Assembly (NCBI GenBank): GCA_024276695.1
Contig: JAJRWR010000027.1
Span: forward strand, 2,144 to 66,143
DNA length: 64,000 bases
Direction of reading: 5' to 3'
Source of the DNA: an archaeon
Lineage (GTDB): Archaea > Thermoproteota > Nitrososphaeria > Nitrososphaerales > Nitrosopumilaceae
Part shown: piece after piece, positions 58,200 through 64,000 of the stretch
How positions within the stretch are numbered: the first letter of the stretch is position 1
Layout of the letters: each line of letters begins with the position of its first letter
Translations under genes and position numbers: made by a program
The notes under the pieces: generated by a model
Told to the model about the DNA's origin: nothing
The model's input: only the letters and a program-made list of their open reading frames with translations
Database searches by the model: none

Positions 58200-59111
58200 G
58201 TGGAACCTAGTATTGCAACTTCCATAGGTCAAATTCAATTAGATAAACCTGTAATGCTGGCATCTGGAATTTTAGGTATATCATTAGATGTGTTTAATCG
58301 ACTTTATGCATCCGGAGCAGGTGCAGTTGTAACAAAGTCTCTAAGTACAGCCCCTTGGGAAGGATATCCCAACCCTACTATCTTTAGTGTAAAGGGTGGC
58401 GGATGGATAAACGCTGTAGGTCTCTCAAATCCTGGGGCAGAAAACTTTGCTAAAATGATTGAATTAAACCAAAACGTCCCAATAATTGTCAGCTTAGTAG
58501 GTTCAATCCCTGAAGATTTTGAAATTATGATAAAAGAATTTGAAAATTGCAAAATCAAAGCATATGAATTGAATTTATCTTGTCCTCATGTTGCCAAAGT
58601 TGGCTTAGAAGTTGGAGATGATCCTGGATTAGTCAAAAAAATTGTTACTACTGTAAAAAATGCCACAAATGTTCCTGTAATTGCCAAAGTTGGTTTGGGT
58701 ACCAGTAATTATCTAAATACTGTAAGTAATGCAGTTGATTCTGGAATTGATGCTATCACTGCAATTAATACTGTTCGCGCAATGGCCATTGATGTTGAAA
58801 CCAAACGTCCTATACTTAGTAACAAATTTGGAGGATTATCTGGTACTCCGATTAAACCAATCGCATTAAGATGTGTTTATGAAATTTCTTTAAAATATGA
58901 TATTCCAATAATTGGGTGTGGTGGAATCTCTACATGGGAAGATGCAGTTGAATTCTTTTTGGCAGGAGCTTCTGCAGTTCAACTTGGAAGTGCAATAGGT
59001 GATAACTGGATTGGAGTTTTTGATGACATTAACAAAGGAATTCTGCAATATATGGAGAGAAATAATTATTCTACAATTAAGGAAATGGTGGGTCTTGCAA
59101 AGAAATCATAA
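58200..59111 (+). CDS. pyrD: Dihydroorotate dehydrogenase family 1B catalytic subunit
   Basis: MLASG, TKS, NAVGLSNPG, ELNLSCP, INT, GGLSG.PI, GCGGI. Confidence 0.95.
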   Translation: MEPSIATSIGQIQLDKPVMLASGILGISLDVFNRLYASGAGAVVTKSLSTAPWEGYPNPTIFSVKGGGWINAVGLSNPGAENFAKMIELNQNVPIIVSLVGSIPEDFEIMIKEFENCKIKAYELNLSCPHVAKVGLEVGDDPGLVKKIVTTVKNATNVPVIAKVGLGTSNYLNTVSNAVDSGIDAITAINTVRAMAIDVETKRPILSNKFGGLSGTPIKPIALRCVYEISLKYDIPIIGCGGISTWEDAVEFFLAGASAVQLGSAIGDNWIGVFDDINKGILQYMERNNYSTIKEMVGLAKKS

Positions 59112-59907
59112 TCATCCCACAATTGTTACAATTGAAAAAGTAATTGATGAAACCCCTACTGTTAGAACTATGGTTTTTTCAGATGATGTGATGCCAAATG
59201 TTCTTCCTGGCCAATTTGCTATGGTTTGGATACCTGGAGTTAATGAATTACCCATGAGTATAATGATTTCAAAAGAATCTGGAAAGGCTGCATTCACAGT
59301 TAGAAAACATGGTCCATCTTCTACTGGTTTATTCAACGTTAAAGTTGGTGGACAAATTGGAATTCGAGGTCCATATGGAAATTCATTTGATATCAAAGAA
59401 GGCAAATTGTTGTTGGTTGGTGGTGGAACAGGTCTTGTTCCTATGATGCGATTACTTACTTTTGTAAAACCTACTGATGATGTTACTGTACTAATGGGTG
59501 CAAAATCAAAAGATGAAGTATTCTTTGAAGATTTGTCCAATGAATTATTGAAAAACAATTCTCATCAAGTAATTGTTTCAACTGATGATGGAAGTTATGG
59601 TGAAAAAGGATTCGTAACTGACTTGGTTGAAAAATTAGTTAATAAAACCCATTTTGATGCTGTGTATGTTTGTGGTCCTGAAATTATGATGTACAAAACT
59701 GTTCAGTCTGCTCACTCTAGAAATATTTTCGTTCAAGCTAGTCTTGAAAGAATGATGAAGTGTGGAGTTGGTATTTGTGGTAGCTGTTGTATAGGGGAGG
59801 ACCTTACTTGCAAAGATGGAACTGTATTTGATGGAAAACATTTGTCTACAAACAAGGAATTTGGTCATTTACATAGGAACAAGGCTGGAATTTTAGAAAA
59901 TTACTAA
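59095..59907 (+). CDS. pyrK: Dihydroorotate dehydrogenase electron-transfer subunit
   Basis: PGQFAMVW, RGPYG, GGGTG, CGPE.M, ERMMKCGVGICGSC, C.DG; TTG at 59095. Confidence 0.94.
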   Translation: MQRNHNHPTIVTIEKVIDETPTVRTMVFSDDVMPNVLPGQFAMVWIPGVNELPMSIMISKESGKAAFTVRKHGPSSTGLFNVKVGGQIGIRGPYGNSFDIKEGKLLLVGGGTGLVPMMRLLTFVKPTDDVTVLMGAKSKDEVFFEDLSNELLKNNSHQVIVSTDDGSYGEKGFVTDLVEKLVNKTHFDAVYVCGPEIMMYKTVQSAHSRNIFVQASLERMMKCGVGICGSCCIGEDLTCKDGTVFDGKHLSTNKEFGHLHRNKAGILENY

Positions 59908-59940
59908 AATTGACTAGCAAGGTTTAAAATAAATCACAAA

Positions 59941-61683
59941 ATGAATCCCGTGAAGGGTATGGGTACTCCAAAAATAGTCTTAACAGCTGATAGAACTTTA
60001 ATGTCACCTTATAGGGGACTGTCTCTTGCAACATTTTTTGGATGTGCCCCAGCACTTGATCCTGGTAGAGATAAGAAAAGTTTTTGGTATAAGATTCTTG
60101 GAAATCAAGTAACTCCAAAAGTTTTGTTTGATTTTATCTGTAATTGGTCACCTGATGTTAATGGTGTGGCAAAATATGCTCCATATGGATTAAGAAAATT
60201 AGAAGCGGGTTTACTTCGTGATGGATTTAGCAGACAAGATGTTGTAATTGCTCATCCAAATCATATCGAAAAATTCATTGGTCCTGAAACAGAAGTTATT
60301 GGAACTTATGAGATGGATCCTCTTGGAATGGGTCCAGTTACTATGACATTTACTTATGGTAGAAAACAAACATCTTATGATGAATTTTACAATGCAGAAT
60401 TACATCGTAGAATTAAAGCAGCAAAAGCAAAAACTGGAAGTAAAGCAAAAGTAATTTCTGGTGCATCTGGAACTTGGCAATATAACTATGATCCGGCAAA
60501 AATTGAAGAATTTGGAATATATGCAATTCTTGAAGGAGAACTTGGTGGCATTGCACCTGAAATTGATGGACATGCTGGCAGATTCTTTAATTATTTGATT
60601 AATGGCGATTTTGAAAATATGGATCCTTTCAGAAAGAGGAGTGACTTTAAAGTTAACATTAAAGAATTTGAAAGAGAAGGTAAAAAAATCCATGGAAGAT
60701 TTGTTAATTTCTGGGATAGACCTGATTTAGAAGATATCCCTGATATTGTAGAACCCAGTATGCATGGAATGGTTGAAGTAATGCGTGGTTGTGGCAGAGG
60801 ATGTAAATTTTGTGATGTCACATTAAGATCATTAAGATATTATCCGCCAGAAAAAGTTGTAAAAGAAATTGAAGTTAACATAAAGAAAGGAGGTTCAAAA
60901 TCTGCATGGATTCACAGTGATGATATTTTTGTTTATGGTATGGATCCAAGAACTGCAAAGGGAATGGAACCAAATCGCGAAGCATTAGAAGAATTGTTTA
61001 CTGCAATCATGGCTACTGGAGTTGAACATACAAATCCAACACATGGAACCTTGGCCGGAGCAATTGCTGATGAAAAACTCCTTCCAAATCTTTCAAGAAT
61101 CATGAAAGCTGGACCTGATAACATGATTGGTGTCCAAGCTGGATTTGAAACTGGCAGTCTTAGATTAATTGGAAAGTATGCCGATAGAAAATTAGCACCT
61201 TATGATCCATCTGAATGGCATTGGGTTGTAAAAGAAGGTGTAAAGGCAATGAATGAAAATTATTGGATCCCAGCATTTACTTTAATCATGGGTCTTGATA
61301 ATGATGAAACTCCTGAAGATTCATGGGAGACTATTCGTTTACTTAGTGAATTAGAACATGAACAACCTGATTCAATGTTCACTGCTACTGCACTAACGTT
61401 TGTTCCAATTGGATTGTTAGAAAAATCTGATTTCTTTAACATTGGAAATGAAATGACACCTGCACAACTTGGTGTTCTTTACAAGACCTGGCAACATAAT
61501 TTCAAATATGGTATTCAAAAATTCATGACTAAAACTGGTTCAAAAGGTCCACAAAGATATGCCTTTAATGCACTTGCAAGATCTCTTGGTGGCATTCCTC
61601 TTGCTGCAATGGAAAAATATGCCCGTAGAAAGAGTAAGGAACACGAAAAAGTTATTGAGACTGTTAAGGTCAAGTACTGGTAG
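59941..61683 (+). CDS. Radical SAM protein of unknown function
   Basis: CGRGCKFC (CxxxCxxC); GFETGS; TLIMG. Confidence 0.9.
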   Translation: MNPVKGMGTPKIVLTADRTLMSPYRGLSLATFFGCAPALDPGRDKKSFWYKILGNQVTPKVLFDFICNWSPDVNGVAKYAPYGLRKLEAGLLRDGFSRQDVVIAHPNHIEKFIGPETEVIGTYEMDPLGMGPVTMTFTYGRKQTSYDEFYNAELHRRIKAAKAKTGSKAKVISGASGTWQYNYDPAKIEEFGIYAILEGELGGIAPEIDGHAGRFFNYLINGDFENMDPFRKRSDFKVNIKEFEREGKKIHGRFVNFWDRPDLEDIPDIVEPSMHGMVEVMRGCGRGCKFCDVTLRSLRYYPPEKVVKEIEVNIKKGGSKSAWIHSDDIFVYGMDPRTAKGMEPNREALEELFTAIMATGVEHTNPTHGTLAGAIADEKLLPNLSRIMKAGPDNMIGVQAGFETGSLRLIGKYADRKLAPYDPSEWHWVVKEGVKAMNENYWIPAFTLIMGLDNDETPEDSWETIRLLSELEHEQPDSMFTATALTFVPIGLLEKSDFFNIGNEMTPAQLGVLYKTWQHNFKYGIQKFMTKTGSKGPQRYAFNALARSLGGIPLAAMEKYARRKSKEHEKVIETVKVKYW

Positions 61684-61723
61684 TCATCCAAATACATAAA
61701 TTCTCTAATTCTTATTTGAAATC

Positions 61724-61906
61724 ATGGCAACACACGGTTCACTTACTAAAGCAGGTAAAGTAAGAGGTCAAACACCAAAAGTTGAAGGCAGAAAAATTGT
61801 AGGCACTAGTTCTAGTGTTGGAAACAAAAGTAATTTCAATAAACGATTTGTTTTAGGTAGATATCCTGGTCAAAATAAGCCTGGACAAAGAAGAAAGAGA
61901 CGTTAG
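61724..61906 (+). CDS. rps30e: 30S ribosomal protein eS30
   Basis: HGSLTKAGKVRGQTPKV. Confidence 0.95.
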   Translation: MATHGSLTKAGKVRGQTPKVEGRKIVGTSSSVGNKSNFNKRFVLGRYPGQNKPGQRRKRR

Positions 61907-61973
61907 ATAATTTTTTACTAAAATTTAATCATGTCCAGATCAACCGATTTTTGACAGTCAATCTATCTGACGT

Positions 61974-61988
61974 CAAATTTACAGAACC
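61974..61988 (-). mobile_element. IS6-like terminal inverted repeat (isolated end)
   Basis: Minus strand reads GGTTCTGTAAATTTG, similar to GGTTCTGTCAAATC at 62433. Confidence 0.55.
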
Positions 61989-62197
61989 CTCAAACAGGTG
62001 CTGTTACCTCTTAGGTTGGAATGATTGATGTTACCTTTCGGTTGATGAATAAGTTTACGAGGGTACCAAATCTTGCCATCAAATAACCATAATATAGAAC
62101 CATCAATCCTATAATTAACCACCTTACGACATTCATGTAATTCAATTTCTTCTACAATTAAATCCCTATGACATTTAGTACATTTTGTGATATTCAT
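61979..62197 (-). CDS. Small CxxC/His protein, C-terminus probably truncated by IS end
   Basis: CTKC...HEC; the stop codon lies inside the IR. Confidence 0.6.
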   Translation of the reverse strand: MNITKCTKCHRDLIVEEIELHECRKVVNYRIDGSILWLFDGKIWYPRKLIHQPKGNINHSNLRGNSTCLRVL

Positions 62198-62432
62198 TTC
62201 TGATCATACGATCCTTTTTCATAAGATGTAATGATGTTATTTTTATCATCTAATTCATTAGCTAATATCACATTTTCTTTATGTATTTTAGAATTTTCAT
62301 TTTCAAGATATTCTATTTTGTCCAATAATGTTTTGTCATTCCATACACCTGTTATACTACCTCTTAGTCTGCCTTTGATTATAAAATCATACAGATAATG
62401 TAATGAATCTACATATTTCTCTACCTCTGGAG
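62194..62432 (-). pseudogene. 5'-truncated coiled-coil ORF (about 79 codons) beginning at the IS end
   Basis: Open frame PEVEKYVDSLHYLY...YDQK*, no in-frame start near the 5' end; ATGA overlap with the next gene. Confidence 0.55.
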
Positions 62433-62488
62433 GGTTCTGTCAAATCCACAGCTCATCTCCATAGTTCTTGTTCGTGTCAAAAATAGGC

Positions 62489-62842
62489 TCATTTTCTTAA
62501 TTCTTCCATTAATTCAAGTTCATCATTGACATTGTCTATTTTGAATGTCCATTTCGCATCAACTTTTTTGATTAACGTCGCTTTGCTTTTTTCTAAATGA
62601 TCATAATATTCGTTAGTTGCTTGCTTGAATAATGGCATGTTATCAGATATGGTATTCTGTGATTTTTGTGATTCTAATTTCCCTAGCATTTCTTTCAAGT
62701 ATATTATATTGAAATCCAAATCCTTTATGACAAGTTCATTAGCTTGTTTTAGATCCTCATCTTCCTTGAGATGCTCTATTTTTGATATGTAATATCTTAA
62801 TGCTCTTACATAGATGTCTACATGAACCAATAACAGTTTCAT
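62489..62842 (-). CDS. Helical passenger protein, unknown function
   Basis: 117 aa; ATGA overlap with the transposase stop. Confidence 0.7.
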   Translation of the reverse strand: MKLLLVHVDIYVRALRYYISKIEHLKEDEDLKQANELVIKDLDFNIIYLKEMLGKLESQKSQNTISDNMPLFKQATNEYYDHLEKSKATLIKKVDAKWTFKIDNVNDELELMEELRK

Positions 62843-63981
62843 GCGTTACTCCTTAAACTATTTTTTGCCGAATTTTGAATTAATGTAATCCATTTGTTGT
62901 TTCCCTGAACATCAATCCCACAAGCTTGAGCTGGTGTTTCTCCCTTTAGACTCATGTGTTCCCTAATGTAATTGTGATAAATCTGATAACCATCAAAGAA
63001 TACTGAATCATCTTTTTTTATTCCCCTCATAACTTTCTCCCTATCTCTAAACTCTCCATTGAATCTCTCCTGCTTGTTGTTATTCATATCGCCCTTTAGA
63101 TGAATATGTCTGATATGAATTGACGTGTTTTTACTGTTTGTTCTAAATTCTTTCTTGTGTGCTATGTTGTAAGAACCTAGACCGTCAGTAATCATTACCT
63201 TTGGAATTTTGTTTGCTATTTGTTTAGCTTGTCTGAATAATCCTGTAGCGTCATGTCCTTCTTTTCTGTCTGAAACTTCCTTTGCTATCCAGAATCTAGT
63301 TTCATCATCACAAAGTGCAAAGAGATACTTCATATTTCCCTTGACTTTTGTGTAAACCTCATCAGCTCTCCATGTGTCGCTAACTTGGGGTGTAATCTTA
63401 TCTAGGTGTTTTTTCATTATTGAGATATACTTCTTTATCCAGTTGTGAATGGTTTGGTGCGATACCGTGATTCCCTGCAGTCTGATGAATTTCTGAACGC
63501 TTCTCAATGATTCCCCAGTAAAGTATAGTTGCATTGCACTGGTTATGATCTGGGGGCTTGCCTTCATTCCTTCAAAGCCTAGATTGAATGAGAACCACTT
63601 TGTACAGTCATTGCAGAAATATCTTTGAATAGAATAATTCTTGTTTTTTCTTATCCCATGCTTTACAAAGTTCTCTGATGTACATTTTGGACATACGGTA
63701 ACGTTTAGTTGTTCTATCGTAACCTTGTTTTGTTCTTTTACCTCGTTTCTGTACTTTATTGAGAACTCTACACCATGAATATGCTTACAACAGACTTTCC
63801 TGAATGTGTGGTCTGGACAGTTGCAGATAAAGCCTGATTCTGTTGATATGACATCATACTTTCTGTTGGTTGTTTGTGACTTTACAGTATAATGATGATC
63901 ATCTAGCCTTAGAATCTGTACGTTAGGATTCTCTGCTATTTCCCTACCTATTTTCAATCTGTTGCATATATTAGATTCCAT
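62839..63981 (-). CDS. IS6-family DDE transposase with N-terminal SWIM and zinc-ribbon domains
   Basis: CNCPD...CCKHI (SWIM); CPKC...C..C; VSHQTI.NW; WRADE, ITDG, NNKQERF. Confidence 0.92.
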   Translation of the reverse strand: MESNICNRLKIGREIAENPNVQILRLDDHHYTVKSQTTNRKYDVISTESGFICNCPDHTFRKVCCKHIHGVEFSIKYRNEVKEQNKVTIEQLNVTVCPKCTSENFVKHGIRKNKNYSIQRYFCNDCTKWFSFNLGFEGMKASPQIITSAMQLYFTGESLRSVQKFIRLQGITVSHQTIHNWIKKYISIMKKHLDKITPQVSDTWRADEVYTKVKGNMKYLFALCDDETRFWIAKEVSDRKEGHDATGLFRQAKQIANKIPKVMITDGLGSYNIAHKKEFRTNSKNTSIHIRHIHLKGDMNNNKQERFNGEFRDREKVMRGIKKDDSVFFDGYQIYHNYIREHMSLKGETPAQACGIDVQGNNKWITLIQNSAKNSLRSNA

Positions 63982-64000
63982 TAGATATCTATTGGTATGC

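Larger units (their letters stand above)
62433..64000 (-). mobile_element. IS6-family element with passenger gene (other end outside window)
   Basis: IR GGTTCTGTCAAATC at 62433, then passenger ORF and intact-looking transposase. Confidence 0.75.

Noticed and set aside
201-61697. Numerous 60-160 aa ORFs antisense to or nested in core genes (e.g. 201-554, 21708-22370, 48977-49468, 53020-53403)
   Set aside because: They overlap well-supported genes on the opposite strand or frame and have shadow-like composition with no motifs.

Overview
AT-rich, gene-dense window of an ammonia-oxidising archaeon (Nitrosopumilaceae-like; inferred from the archaeal pheS/pheT, histone, top6AB, nop5/fibrillarin, rio1, TFEbeta-like gene and overall gene order). 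Most of it is core genome: translation, tRNA/rRNA modification, purine/pyrimidine and PLP synthesis, plus three tRNAs (Trp, Thr, Cys). No CRISPR array was seen. Signals the ORF track does not explain: (1) a two-hairpin, K-turn-containing H/ACA-like RNA after pheT; (2) a 62-nt hairpin downstream of a stand-alone AIPR gene; (3) several unlisted micro-ORFs (Cys-rich 36 aa, DUF5679-like 48 aa, acidic 23 aa); (4) four reading-frame anomalies (T8 frameshift in aconitase, A10 frameshift in a zinc-ribbon membrane gene, GAA->TAA in the purA GDEGKG motif, and uppS with no canonical start but an SD-positioned ATT); (5) a Ubl-Cgi121 fusion beside THUMP and Sua5; (6) a TFEbeta-like protein with a 36-bp histone-H1-like repeat; (7) at the right end, an IS6-family element with a translationally coupled passenger gene, and a second IS-like end that brackets a doubly truncated two-gene fragment. 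All calls come from reading motifs; no database searches were run, so novelty is unverified.
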